Shown here piece after piece: positions 23,992 to 37,759 of a DNA stretch of 64,000 nucleotides; within the stretch, counting starts at the first letter, position 1, and every line of letters begins with the position of its first letter. The position numbers and the translations under genes are program-made. Under the pieces are notes generated by a model that saw only the letters and a program-made list of their open reading frames with translations, ran no database searches and was not told where the DNA came from. The DNA is from Paraspadella gotoi (taxonomy: Eukaryota; Animalia; Chaetognatha), in contig CM119264.1 in the NCBI GenBank assembly GCA_051294375.1, forward strand, positions 14,221,515-14,285,514, given 5' to 3'.

Positions 23992-26900
23992 TTCTCTCTC
24001 TCCCTCTCAATCTCAATCCATGTTTCTTTCTTTTTAACACCTTTTCCATTCTCTCTCTCTCTGCTCTCTCTCCTCTCTTCTTTCTCTCTCTCTCTTCTTT
24101 TTTTCTCTCTCTCTCTCTCTCTCTCCCTCTCAATCTTGTTGCCGTCCTTCGGTGTTCCCAAATCGTTATTTACGACCTTTTATGGGGAATATTTTTTTCT
24201 TTTAAATAAAATCAGAGAAAGGAATTATTTTTACGATCGAGACCGCGGCCGCCGCCGCCGCCGCCGCCAGCGTCGACGTCCTTCTCGTCTACGACCTTTC
24301 CTCGATTTTTTTTCCTAAAAGGGAATTGAATTCCCCTTCCTACCTTTCCCGCCTCACTATTCCGTGAGGATGACTCTTTCTTAATCTCATTGATTTTTTT
24401 CGATTTTTTAATTTCAAATTCCTTGATGCAATTCTCAAACTCATTTGACTGTATTCCCGTTGTGGAAATATTAATGCCACGCCTCCTACATTTTAACCTT
24501 TTTTTCTCTCTCTCTCTCTCGTTTTCGTTTTTGGTTCTATCTGAGTCGTATTTGACCTGTCGGTCTGATATCTTTGTTGGTCACCTCCAAAATTTACAAA
24601 GAGAGAAACTACTTGATTAATAAATATTTGGAAATCTTTTCGCTTCTTAATATTCATCAGAATCGACTCGATATTCAGCAAAGATTCAAGTATTCATGTC
24701 GAAAAGATCCTCGTCACTCTACAAGGAACGGGCAACGTCTAGAACGCGCGACTCCGCGGGGGTGAAGGAGAAACACCTTCACACTCGTTTCAATCTTTTT
24801 CTCTATTACCATGAATATTCATCAACATCTTCTCTTTCCTGCCTTCTCTTCATTCCTTGTTCGCCGTCCTCTCTATTTATCCCCCGTTTTACCTATTCTC
24901 ACTCCAACCTCCAACCTTTCTTCTCTTAACCTCCACTTTCCCTTCTTCATCTCCTCTCTTTGGATTCCGTTTGATTTTCTGCTTTTGTTTTCTCTCTTTT
25001 TTTGAGTTTGCGACCAGATTTCGATAGAATGACCAGGTTTTTGCATTTTTCTCTCTCTCCCTCTCTCTCTCTCATCTCTCTCTCTCTTTCTATCTTTCTC
25101 TATTTGTCTCTTTCTCTCTTTGTCTCTTTCTCCCTCCTCTGTCTCTCTCTCTCTGTCTCTCTCTCTGTCTCTCTCTCCTCTCTCTCTCCTCTCTCTCTCC
25201 TTCCTTTCTTTATTATTATCTTCTTTTCATATTCCTTAATTCACAAACCGTAGACTTTTCTTCTTCTCCTATTCCTTCCTTTTATCTGCTCTTACCTTCA
25301 TTGTTTTCCCTTTGTTTCCTTCTGCGACTCCATCGACGTCATGGAACGAAGCTTTTGGCCGCCAAAAATTCGAATCGAAAAAACAAATATAAAAATGAAA
25401 TAAAAATCTGAAAAAGCGAAAAAACGAAGTTTTTAACGTTTTGAAATTCAAAACTGACCAATTTTTAGAATCCGCCTTCTTTATTTTTTACAGTTATCTC
25501 CAGTTCCCGATTTTTTGTTTTGTTTTTTGTTGTCGTTGCTAATATAAGTAACGTACTCACTTTACTCTAATAGATCCAGAATCTTTTCATTCCGTTAAAA
25601 ACCGCCTGTTCTATTTTCTATAACTTTGACGGAACGGGAACTGGAGTAAGTTGTTTGACCCACCCTGACCTTTTTTTCCTTTCGGCTCTGCTTTTGGCCA
25701 TTTTTTTTCACCGTGCTGCTTCCGACCTTTCCAACGTCTTTTTTTCCCTCTCACTTAATCCATCCCCTTTTGCCTCCTTTTGCTTTTCGTTTCTCGTTTT
25801 TCATGTTTTTCACCTTTAAGAACTTTTTCTTTTTTCATCTAGTCACTCATTTCATTTAATATCCTTTTTGTCGTCTTTGTAACTAAACAGTAGTGTAGTT
25901 TTATTGTTTCTTCCTTATTATGTCTACCGGGCTTGTTTTTTTCCCCCTTTTCTGGTCTTCTTCTACTTTATGTTTTAAAACAAAAAAAACTTCACTTTTT
26001 TTTATTTCTCTTTTCTTCCTCTGATTCCATCTTTCTCTTTCTCTCTCTCTCTCCCTCCTCTTCTTCTTCCCTGCGGTCGGTTTAAGCCTCGCGTTATTAC
26101 CTTCAAGCCTCCCGTTTGTCAATAACCTTTGTAATGGGGTCCCTACCCGGAGGAAAGAGAGGGGAGGAGTAGAGAGTTAGAGGAAAGAAGAGACAGAATC
26201 CTCTCTCTTTTNNNNNNNNNNNNNNNNNNNNNNNNNNNNNNNNNNNNNNNNNNNNNNNNNNNNNNNNNNNNNNNNNNNNNNNNNNNNNNNNNNNNNNNNN
26301 NNNNNNNNNNNNNNNNNNNNNNNNNNNNNNNNNNNNNNNNNNNNNNNNNNNNNNNNNNNNNNNNNNNNNNNNNNNNNNNNNNNNNNNNNNNNNNNNNNNN
26401 NNNNNNNNNNNNNNNNNNNNNNNNNNNNNNNNNNNNNNNNNNNNNNNNNNNNNNNNNNNNNNNNNNNNNNNNNNNNNNNNNNNNNNNNNNNNNNNNNNNN
26501 NNNNNNNNNNNNNNNNNNNNNNNNNNNNNNNNNNNNNNNNNNNNNNNNNNNNNNNNNNNNNNNNNNNNNNNNNNNNNNNNNNNNNNNNNNNNNNNNNNNN
26601 NNNNNNNNNNNNNNNNNNNNNNNNNNNNNNNNCGAGCATAAATGCTTAGGGAGCTTGCGTTGAAGTGGACGCGGGATTTATGCTCTAGTTAAAAGATTTT
26701 GATCAAACTTGGAGAGAGCAGAAAAAGCCAACTTGAGAGACCAATCCAAGTGAGTTCAAGTTGAGGCAGCAAAAAGGTAAGTCAGTGTGAATTAACATCG
26801 AGGAAAAGAAAGTAAGTGAAGATAATGGCTTTCAATTCGACCTTTCTCGCCTCGCCCTATTGACATCAATCATCTTTTCCAATTTTTTTCTCTTTTTTTT

Positions 26901-27019
26901 TGGGGGGGGGGTAAATTTTCGATACAAAATTAAAATGAAAAACGAAAGTCATTCCCACAAAAATTGCTTATCAGGTTGATTGATCAATAAAACAGTTAAA
27001 ACAACTACGACCCTTTCTT

Positions 27020-27380
27020 TCTTCCTTCCTTCCTTCCTTCCTTCCTTCCTTTTGCCTTCCTTCCTTTTGCCTGTCCTTCCACTCCTATCCCTTCATTCCC
27101 TTCCTTTATTTCCTTCCTTCAAAATGCCTCCCCCTCCTTCCTTCATTCCTTACCTCTTTTCCTTCCTTCGCTTCTTTTTCTTCATTCCTCTTCCTTCTTA
27201 ATTACCGCATTCTTTCCTTCATGTCACTCCTTCCTTTCCTTCCTTCCTTCCTCTTCCTTCCCTCCTCCTCTCTTCTTTCCCTTCCTTTTCTTCCTTCCCT
27301 TCCCTTCCTTTCCAATTCCTGATAGGTCCCCTCTTTCCTTCTTGGCCTTCCTTCTTATCCCCTCTTTCCTTACCTTCCCT
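27020..27380. repeat. Degenerate (CCTT)n pyrimidine tract
   Basis: ttccttccttcc repeats seen directly. Confidence 0.85.
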
Positions 27381-27451
27381 CGGCCCCTCGTCAGGGTGTT
27401 ACCGAAAAGGCGCGTGCTGGCAGTCTCATTGGGATTCTTATCCAGCGTCGC

Positions 27452-30400
27452 GCTTTGACTTGACTTGAAAGGCATTTCGTTTCGTGCAGAATAGTCGAGG
27501 GCTACCTCACTCACTCCAGGCTGGTGTGGTCCGTAAAGATGTAGGAGATCCATACTTGAGAGCTTGCCTTTGAGAGGCTGCAGAGCCAGAATTGTTGTTT
27601 AATTTTAAGGGGTGGGGAAAGCGAGATAGAGGAAGAGAGGGAGAAGGGAAAAGGACGGAAACATGGGAAGGATTGGGGGGAAGGTGAGGAGAGAAGGGGG
27701 GAGGAGGTGACCAGGTAGTTTGGCGAATGTGGTCGGGAAACGAATTTTCTAATAGTAAAAAGTAATAAACGTTTAAAATAGCACCCCGGCAGACGGATAT
27801 TTCCAAAGAGAGAGGACAACTTTAAAAAACAAATTAAAAATGCTTATTGGCAATGTAAAAAGAATGGATAGAAAAAAATTTTTAAAAACACCGGAAAACG
27901 ATATTGTCCAAAAAGAAAATAAAGAAAAGTAAAACGTTAAATGGGTAGCTGGTAATGCAAAATAAGCAGTCAATGCGAGGTTGTTAAACTTGGGTGAGGA
28001 CAGGTTAAATTAAAAAAGTATTCTTTTTTATCGAAAAAAGCAAACAAATTTCGCTCTATTTTATTTTTTATGGTCTCGCTTCTCTCTTCTCTTGTTCTCT
28101 CTTTAAGATTTTAATGCTAGCTTTTTCTCTTCACTCTCATAGATAAAAACGGTTAAATACTACATACCTATGAAACGACTTTTTTCTCGCTAAGAAGATA
28201 TCGAAAACCTTTAAAAATAAATTCTCTAGAAAACGATTTTTTTTCACAATGTAAAAAGAAAATAAACTTTAAAAAAAAAAAGACGGCAAAAACGTTTTTT
28301 CCATATGTAAAAAGAGTTAAAAAAAAACAGCCAATAAAACGAACTTTTTCTAAAATGAAAATAAGTAATAAAGGAACGTTATAAATACAATCAAACCGGC
28401 AGAACGATATTTCCCAAAGAGATAACAACTTTAAAAAACAACATAAAAATGGCTTTTCCAATGTAAAAAAGATAAAAAATTTTTTAAAAAAACACGGAAC
28501 ACGATTATTTTTCAAGAAAAAAGGAAATCAAAACGTTAAAGTACTTTCTGCAAATAACATTCATCCGGAGTGTTGTTAAAAAATGGTGAGGACAGTTAGT
28601 TAAATAGTCTTTTTATCAAAACAAACAAATTTCTCCTCTTTTTATTTTTATGTCTCGCTTCTCCTCTCTCTTTTCTCTCTTGTGAATTTTATGTTGAGGC
28701 TTTTCTCATGCTAACTCTCAAAGATAAAACAGTAAATACAATCCAAGAAAACGTGAACTTTTTACTCTGAAAGATATGAAAACTTTAAAAAATACAGAAA
28801 ACGATTGTTTTTTTCAATGTAAAAAGAAAATAAAAAAACTTTTGAAAAAAAACGGATAACGGTTTTTTTCCATAAGTAAAAAATAAAAAAAAAACAACAC
28901 TGATAACGACTTTTCACTAAAGTAAAAAGTAATAAAAAAAACGTTAATACAGCGGCAGACGAGTATTTCCAAAGAGATAAGCGAACTTTAAAAACAAAGA
29001 AAAAACGCTTTTTTCCAATTGTAAAGAAAGAGATAAAAAATTTGTAAACACCAGGAATCGATATTTCAAAGAAAAAGAAATAAAAACGTTAAATACTTCT
29101 GCAAATAAACATGCATCGAGGTTGTGTAAATATTGGGTGTGGACAGTTATTAAAATAGTCTTTTTAGTAAACAAAACAGATTTCCTTCTCTTTTATATTT
29201 TTATGTGCTCCTTCTCTCTCTCTTTTTCTCTTTAATTTTATGTAAGCTTTCTCTGCACACTCTGCTAGATGAGATAAAACGTTAAATAGACCAGAAAACA
29301 TGACTTTTCCTCTGTTCGCTAAAAAAGTATGAAAAAACGTTTTAAAAAAAACAAAAACGAAATTTTTCCAATGTAAAAAGATAATAAAACTTTAAAAAAA
29401 CGGGCAAACGTTTTTATCCAATGTAAAAAAAGTTAAAACAACCAAATAAACGGACTTTTCTAAAGTAAAAAGTAATAAAAAAAACGTTAAATACACTCGG
29501 CAGACGATATTTCCGAAGAGATAACAAGCTTTTAAAAAAACAAATAAAATGCTTTTTGTCGCAATGTAAAAAAGAGATAAAAAATTTTTAAACAATAAAC
29601 CGGAAAACGATATTTTTCAAATGAGAAAAAGAAATAAAAACGTTAGAATACCTTCTTGGCAATAACATCATCGAGGTTGTTAAAATTGGGTGAGATACAG
29701 TTAATTAAGTATCTTTTTAATCAACATAACAATTTTTCCTCTCTTTTTTATTTTTATGGTCTCCTTCTCTCTCTCTTTTCTCTTTAATTTTATGTAGCTT
29801 TCTCTCATTCTCAATAGATAAAACGTTAAATACACAGAAAACGAACTTTTTTTCTCGGGCTAAAAAGATATGGAAACGTTTAAAAATAACAGAAAAACCG
29901 AGGGTTTTTTCTTTCACATGTAAAAGAAACACTAAAACTTATTTAAAAAAAACGGAAAGCCACCCCGTTTTTTCAGGGATTGTTAAAACAAAATACTCAC
30001 TAAAAAAGGAAAACACCGATAAACGACTTTTCTAAAGTAAAGACCCAAGGATGAATAAAAAAACGGTTTTAATACAAATGCGGCAGACCTCGGGACGACG
30101 AATTCCAAAGAGATAACAACTTTAAAAAACAAAGATAAACGTTTTTTCTAATGTAAAATAGAGTTAAAAAACACCGTAAATCGAACTTTTCTAAAAGTAA
30201 AAAAGTCACATAAAAACGTTTAAATACACAAAATACCGGCAGACGACATTTCCAAAAAGAGATTTTAACAACTTTAACAAACAAAGAAAACGGCTTTTTC
30301 CAATGTAAAATGAGAATAAAAAATTCTAAAACAGAGCGCGCGGAACCAGGATATTTTCCAATAGAAAAAAAGAAATAAAAACTTAAATAACTTCTGCAAA

Positions 30401-32186
30401 TAACATCAAATCGAGGTTGTTTAAAAATGTGGGGTTGCCACGGGACAGTTATGGTACCAATTATCTTTTATCAAAACAAAACAAATTTCCTCTCTTTTAT
30501 TTTTTCATTGTCTCCTTCTCTCTCATCTTTTCTCTTTAAATTTTAAATGTAGCCTTTCTCTCACTCTCAAAAAGATAATAAACGTTAAAAATACACGCAG
30601 AAAACGTACTTTTTCCTCTGTAAAAAAGAGTTATGAAAACTTTATAAATATATACAAGTAAAACGTATTCTCTTTTTTTTCAAATGTAAAAGAAATAAAA
30701 CACTTTGGAAAAAAAACACGGAGAGAGCAAACAGTCTTTGCGCAAATGTAAATAGTATTTGAAGAGCCAACACTGATATAAACGAACTTTTTCTACAACA
30801 GTAAAAAGGTATACCAGGAGAGCGTTAAATATAGTCAGGCGGCAGATCGATTATTTCCAAAGAGATAACTAACTTTAAAAACCCAAAGAAAAACGCTTTT
30901 CCAATGTAAATATATGAGATAAAAATAATTTCTAAAACAGAACCGGAAACGATATTTTCAAAGAAAATAATTGAGACCATAAAATAAACGCCTTAAACCG
31001 ATACTATCTGCAAAAGGGAAACATCATCGGGTGTAAAATTGGGTGAGGACAGTTTATTAAATATCTTTTTATCAAACAAACAAATTTCCCTCTCTTTTAT
31101 TTTTTATGCCATCCATTCTGGCTCTCCCCGCTCTTTTCATCTTTAATTTTATGGTAGCTTTCTCTCACTCTCAATAGATAAAAACGTTAAATACACCAAG
31201 AAAAATCGACTTTTTCTCCACGCTAAAAAAGATATGAAAACTTTTAAAATAACAGAAAACGATTTTTTTTCGCAAATGTAAAAAAAAAGAATAAAAACTT
31301 TTAAAAAAAACGGCAAAAGACGTTTTTCGCAATGTAAAAAGAGTTAAAAAAGACACGCAATAAGGGACGACTTTTCTAAAGTAAAAAGTAAAAAAAACGT
31401 TTATATTCACCGGCAGACGATATTTCAAAGAGATAACAACTTTAAAAACAAATAAAGAATGCTTTCCAATGTATAAAAAGAGATAAAAAAAATTTTTAAA
31501 ACACCGAACCAAACCGATATTTTCAAAGAAAAAACCGAAATAAAAAACGTTAAATACTCTTCTGGGCAAATAACAATCATACCGAGGTTGTTAAAATGAA
31601 ATTGGTGCCACCGGGGACAGTTAATTAAATTATCTTATCTTTTATCAAAACAAACTAACATTTCTCTGCTTTTATTTTTATGTCTCCTTCTCTCCTTCTC
31701 TTTTCTCTTTAATTTTTATGTAGCTTTCTCTCCACTCTGCAAAAAGATAAAAACGTTAAATACAACCCAGAAAACGACTTTTTCTCTGTAAAAAGGAATA
31801 ATGAAAACTTTAAAAAATAACAGAAAACGATTTTTTTCAAATGTAAAAAGAAATAAAAACTTCTTTTAAAAAAAACGGCAAAAGCGTTTTTTTTGGCGCG
31901 GCGCGCGCGACCATGGGAAGGAAAAGAGTAAAGAAAAGAAAACCACTGATAAACGACTCTTTCTAAAGAAAAAGTAATTAGAACAACGTTTAAATACAGC
32001 GGCAAGACGATATTTCCAAAGAAGATAACAACTTTAAAAACAGAAGAAAAAAAACGCTTTTTTTTTTTCCAATGTAAAAAAGAGATAAAAAGAATTCTAA
32101 AAACACCGGAAAAACGATGATTTTCAGAAGAAAAAAAGAAATAAAAACGTTAAAATACTTCTGCAAAATAACATCATCGAGGCAAA
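27452..32186. mobile_element. 4.7-kb presence/absence insertion carrying a satellite array (putative transposon-like insertion)
   Basis: Flanked by AGCGTCG at 27444-27450 and 32187-32193; flanks 27399-27451 and 32187 onward are contiguous in the duplicate at 35111-35200 (ggattcttatcAGCGTCGccgctcctatc). Mechanism is inferred. Confidence 0.5.
27745..32182. repeat. Tandem satellite, ~7-8 copies of a ~550-610-bp AT-rich unit with internal ~40-50-bp subrepeats
   Basis: Marker ggcagacgatatttccaaagagataacaacttt recurs near 27788, 28398, 28954, 29499, 30081/30238, 30841, 31412, 32001; marker gggtgaggacagtt recurs once per unit. Confidence 0.92.
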
Positions 32187-32676
32187 AGCGTCGACCGCGC
32201 TCCTATCTATAATCTTATCGTCTGTCGGGTCATCGTCGTCTTCGTTCCTAAATATTTTCGTCATGTGCGTCGCAACTTGCAGAGGTGCACCGTCTGTCGT
32301 CGTCGTTCCCCCGCCCGGCGCTAGTGCGGTTTGGTTTCCGGAATGCTTAATTTATGATTCGGTTCGTCGTGCGGCGCGTCATCGTTGTTTTCGTCCTCAT
32401 AAAAGTCCCGACGTGGTCGTTAAGCAGGTTCGTCGACGCTGTTCGACCACTGGCCGTGAAGAAATGTCCCTACGTTCTGGGTGAATTTGTTTGACCAAAA
32501 CAGTTGGGCCTTGTTATCATGGGAAAACGGGAGAGAAGAGAGAGAGAGAGAGAGATGGGAGAGAGGAGAGAGGAAGAGAGAAGAAGGAATGGTAAGTACG
32601 AGCGGAGAGAGAGAGAAAGAAGAAACATGAGAGAAGAAGAGAGAGAGAGAGAGAGAGAGGGGAGAGAAAGAGAGGA

Positions 32677-32713
<37 letters not shown>

Positions 32714-34169
32714 AAAGAAGAGAAGAGAAAAAAGAAAGAAAGAAAGAAAGAAGAAAGAAAAGAAAGGAAAGAAAGAAAGAGAAAGAAGAAAGAAGAAGAG
32801 AGAAGAGAGAGAGAAGAGAGAGAGAAGAGTAAACGAAAGATGCCGTTAACGACGAGCGTCCGATCCGGTAACAGTACAGCCCTTTTCCTTCCGCTCGGGT
32901 CCATATCATGTTTTCGCTAGATCAACGCTGAACGTCGCAAATATATCTGGCGAGGACTCGTTTCGGGAACGCATGATGCGAGCGATAGCAGCAGCGACGA
33001 AGTAAGCTAATATGACGAACGACGAAGACTGAGTGATGATGTGTTCGACGAACGACGAAATGATGATGAAGGTTGATGAAGAATTACAATGACAACGAAA
33101 GTTAGATTAAGGTGATGAAGATAAAGATGAGACGATGAAGACGTACGAGAAGACTAATGACAATAAAGCAGACAACTTAGACCGATGAAGATAAAGAATG
33201 ACGACGATGTAGACTGACGCAGATGAAAACGAAACGTCTTAGAACTAGGGCCTATTGAACATTGGACGAATGACGACGATGCACATTTACAATTCACATT
33301 CATACATTCACGCCGACAGATTTAGGTCGGGCGAGTGTTTGAGAAGGGGAATGTCCTCCGCGGTAAAAATAGAGAGAGGAGTATGAGGTGTTTAGCAGAG
33401 GCCAGAGGTGGAGAATTATGTGGTAAACTTGCGATAAGCCGGGAAAAAGTAACGGGATGTGAGATTTACGGAGTGTAAGGTTGTCAGTTTGCTTTTAAAT
33501 TAACGATCTGAGAAAAAGTTACGATAAGTGAACGTAGAACTGTAGATCAAATTAGAGGGTTTGATCGAAAGGTTTACAGGGTTCTCAATGTTATTAGCAT
33601 TGTTAGAGGGATGAAGCTTAATCATTCAGGAGTCAATATTGCTTATTCCAGTTGAATGAAGTGGATAAATTTTTTATAATTGGTACAATTTTCAAAAGCG
33701 TTTGTTATCTCAATCGCCGTCGCCATCTGGCCTGGTGAGTTGACAAGAAAGAGATTTGAAGCAAAAAAAAGTCAGTTTTGGTTTTTTCCCCTGAAAAAAA
33801 AAAGCTGAGAGTCGGCGAAAAATGAAGAAAATGCGACTGCAAGAGTTTTTTTTCTTCTTTTGTCTCGAGAGAGGAAAAAAAAAAGTTGGATTTTCGGAAA
33901 GAAGAATAAAGAAGGAAGGAAAGACAAAAGGACTGAAAAAAAGAGACTGAGATTTTTTGGGGGTAAGTGAAAATCTAAAAGGTCCGCGGAGTGGATATTC
34001 GCTGGGTAATACGCTTTTCCTCGATATGGGCGAGAAATCTGAAAGGGAAGAGTGGAGCGATGCAGAGGATTAGGATAGCGCTCCTGCTCTCTCTGCTCTC
34101 TCCTCTCCATTTTCGCTCTCTCCCCTCTCTCTCTCTCTCTCTCTCTCTAGTCCTCCCTTCGTCCCCCTC

Positions 34170-34204
<35 letters not shown>

Positions 34205-35614
34205 TTCATCTTTTCCTCTCCTCTCTCTCCGCGTCCCTTCTCTCTTCTCGCTCACCCACTTCCCTCTTCATTCCCTCCTCCCATGTGTCCTCTTTCCCCC
34301 CCGCTATGCAGGACAAAGTGGGATGCGTTGAGAGGAGTGGAGAGTTTTTTTTACGCGCGCCGCGGGTGACCTACGAAATGCCAAAGATCGTAAGAAGAAA
34401 AAAATCTCCTGTAAGTTCAGTTTGGGCTCAAGCTGCATTTTGCCTCGAGTAGTAAAACAGCTAAGCACAACTTTTCCTATGAACCAAAACCGAAGGCAGG
34501 AAAAAAAACAATCTTGGCCTCATCAATCACCTGCATTTTTTGTTGGGTGTGCTGTGTTGTAGCGGGGGGGTTGTTGTGTCGACTTGTGAGGAAATGTTTG
34601 TTAGGTTGGGCAAACGAATTTCTTGGCATCTTTCATCCTATGACCAAACGTCATTATTTTTTTTTGTGCGCTACAAGACCGACAAGCGGGCGTTTTCATT
34701 GTCTTGCTCCTTTCGCAGGTGCTGAAGGTTGTGATTTCTTTATTTTCCCGGCTGCAGAGTTTTGTTTTGGGTTTAACCCCTTTTTTTTTTTACAAAGTTA
34801 TGTTCTTGCATTGCGCTTGGCAAAAGTAAAAGACGTTGATTCGCTCGTTTTGTGGTTAAAAACCTCGATAAAACAGCCCGGAAATCCCATTAAACTCGGA
34901 AAAAATCCCGTTTAAAAAAACTTGATAGCCCAAAAGTCAATATGAAGAACTTGCATAAAGCGAAGAAACAAGAACAAGAAGGAGAAGAAAAATCTGAAGG
35001 TAGGAAAACCGATGAGCCCGAAGCAGTGGAGACCGAAATTAGCACCAGCAGAGATGTTCGTCATAACCCATATGTCGCCTCGACNNNNNNNNNNNNNNNN
35101 NNNNNNNNNCTTACCCAGCCGAAGGCCGTTGGCGTCTCATTGGATTCTTATCAGCGTCGCCGCTCCTATCATACTTATCGTCGTCGTCATCGTCGTCTTC
35201 GTCCTAAATATTTTCGTCATGTTGCGTCGCCACTTGCGAGGTCACCGTCTGTCGTCGTCGTCGCCCCGGCGTCGGCTTGCGTTGGTTCCGGATGCTTAAT
35301 TTATGATTCGGCGTCGGCGGCGTCATCGTTGTTTTCGTCCTCATAAAAGATCCCGACGTTCTGTTAAGCGTTCGTCGACGTCGTTCGACCACTGGCCGTG
35401 AAAATGTCCCTACGTCTGGGGTGAATTGTTGACCAAACAGTTGGCCTGTTATCATGGGAAAACGGGAGAGAAGAGGAGAGAGAGACGAGAGAGGAGAGAG
35501 AGAGAGAGAGAGGAGAGGAGAGGAGAGAGAGAGAGAGAGAGGAGAAGAGAGAGAAGGGAGAGAGAGAGAGGAGAGAGAGAAAGAGGAGAGAGAAGAGAGA
35601 GAGAGAGAGATGAG

Positions 35615-35656
<42 letters not shown>

Positions 35657-36815
35657 AGTAAAACGAAATGCCGTAATCGACCCGGCGTCGACCGAACAAC
35701 AGCCTTTTCCTTCCGCTCCTCATATATTTTTCGCTAATCAACGCTGACGTCGAAATATCGGCGAGACTCGTTTCCGGAACGATGACGACGACGATAGCAG
35801 CAGCGACGAGTAAGACTAATATGACGACGACGAAGACGATGATGATGATGTCGACGACGACGAAAATGATGATGAAGGTGATGAAGAATACAATGACAAC
35901 GAAGTAGATTAAGGTGATGAAGATAAAGATGACGACGATGAAGACGACGAAGACAATGACAATAAAGCAGACAACTTAGACGATGAAGATAAAGATGACG
36001 ACGATGTAGACTACGCAATGAAAACGACGTCTTCGACTAGGGCTATGAACATGACGATGACGACGATGCACATTTACATTCACATTCATACATTCACGCC
36101 ACAATTTCGGTCGGGCGAGTGTTTGAGAAGGGGGAATGTCCTCGCGGTAAAAATAGAGAGAGGAGTAGTGAAGGTGTAGCAGAGCCAGAGGTGGAAATTA
36201 TGTGGTAAACTTGCGATAAGCCGAGAAAAGTAACGGATGTGAAGATTTACGGGAGGTAAGGTTAGTCAGTTGCTTTAATTAACGAGAGAAAAAGTTACGA
36301 TAAGTGAACGTAGAACGTAGATCAAATTAGAGGTTTGATCGAAAGGTTACAGGGTTCTGCAATGTTATTATCTTGTTAGAGGGATGAAGGCTTTAATCAT
36401 TCAGGGTCAATATTGCTTATTCATTGAATGAATGGATAATTTTTATATTGGTACAATTTCAAAAAGCGTTTGTTATCTCAATCCTCGCCATCTGGCTGGT
36501 GAGTGACAAAAAGGATTTGAAGCCAAAAAAAAGTCAAGTTTGGTTTTTTCCCCTGAAAAAAAAAAGGCTGAGAGGCGAAAATTGAAAATGCGACTCGAGA
36601 GTTTTTTTTTTCTCTTTTGTCTCGAGAGAGAAAAAAAAAGTGGATTTCGGAAAGAGAATAAAAGGTAAGGAAAGGAAAAGAACTAAAAAGCGACTGGATT
36701 TTTTGGGGGTAAGGAAAATCTAAAAGTCCGCGGGTGGATATTCGCTGGGTTAATACGCTTTCTCGATGGGCGAGAAATCTGAAAGGGAGAGTGGAGCGAG
36801 AGAGGGATTAGGATA

Positions 36816-36906
<91 letters not shown>

Positions 36907-37626
36907 CTCCCTGCAGGTGAAAGTGGCGTTGAGAGGGAGTGGAGAGTTTTTTTTTACGCGCCGCGGGGACCTCGAAATGCCAAAGATCGTAAGAAAGAAA
37001 AAAATCTCCTTAAGTCAGTTTGGCTCAAGCTGCTTTTGCCTCGAGTAGTAAACAGCGAAGCACAACTTTTTCCTATAACCGAAAACCGAAGGAGGAAAAA
37101 AACAAATCTTGCCTCAAAATTCACCTGCATTTTTTGTGTGCGTGTGTGTGTGTAGGGGGGGGATTGTTGTGTCGACTTGTGAGGAAATGTTTGTTGGTTG
37201 GGCAAACGATTCTTGCGCATCTTTCATCCTTGATGACAAACGTCATTATTTTTTTTTTGTGTCGCCTCAAAACAGCGGGCGTTCATTGTGCTTTCGCAGG
37301 CTGAAGGTGTGTTTCCTTTATTTTCGGCTGCAGAGTTTGTTTTGGGTTTACCTTTTTTTTTTTAAAGTTATGTTTATTGCGCTTGGCAAAGTAACAAACG
37401 TTGTTCGCTCGTTTTTGGTAACTCGATAAAAACACCGAAATCCATAACTCGGAAAATCCGTTAAAAAAACTGATGCCAAAAGTCATAATGAAAACTTGAA
37501 AAGCAAAACAAGAAGCAAAGAGAAGAAAAAAAATCTGAAGTAGGAAGAAACCATGAGCCGAAAGCCAGTGGAGACCGAAATAGACCAGCAGAAGATGTTC
37601 GGTCATAACCCATAATGCGCCTCGAC
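32187..37626. repeat. Tandem duplication 32187-35084 / 35153-37626 across a 25-N gap (probable assembly artefact or second haplotype)
   Basis: Colinear throughout, both ending ...cataacccata...gcctcgac; differences are mostly single-base indels and microsatellite length. Confidence 0.9.
35779..36068. repeat. Degenerate (GAY/GAA)n trinucleotide tract (also at ~32975-33280)
   Basis: gacgatgatgaa repeats; the Asp-rich frame is interrupted by stops. Confidence 0.8.
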
Positions 37627-37632
37627 GTTTTT

Positions 37633-37759
<127 letters not shown>

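Larger units (their letters stand above)
15991..25686 (-). repeat. Right arm of giant inverted duplication (contains an extra 2.46-kb insertion)
   Basis: Mirror of 7200-15965 with many single-base indels; contains real sequence where the left arm has N-gaps. Confidence 0.92.

Noticed and set aside
35779-36068. Asp-rich acidic (biomineralisation-type) protein
   Set aside because: In-frame stops in both duplicate copies; consistent with a decayed GAY microsatellite.
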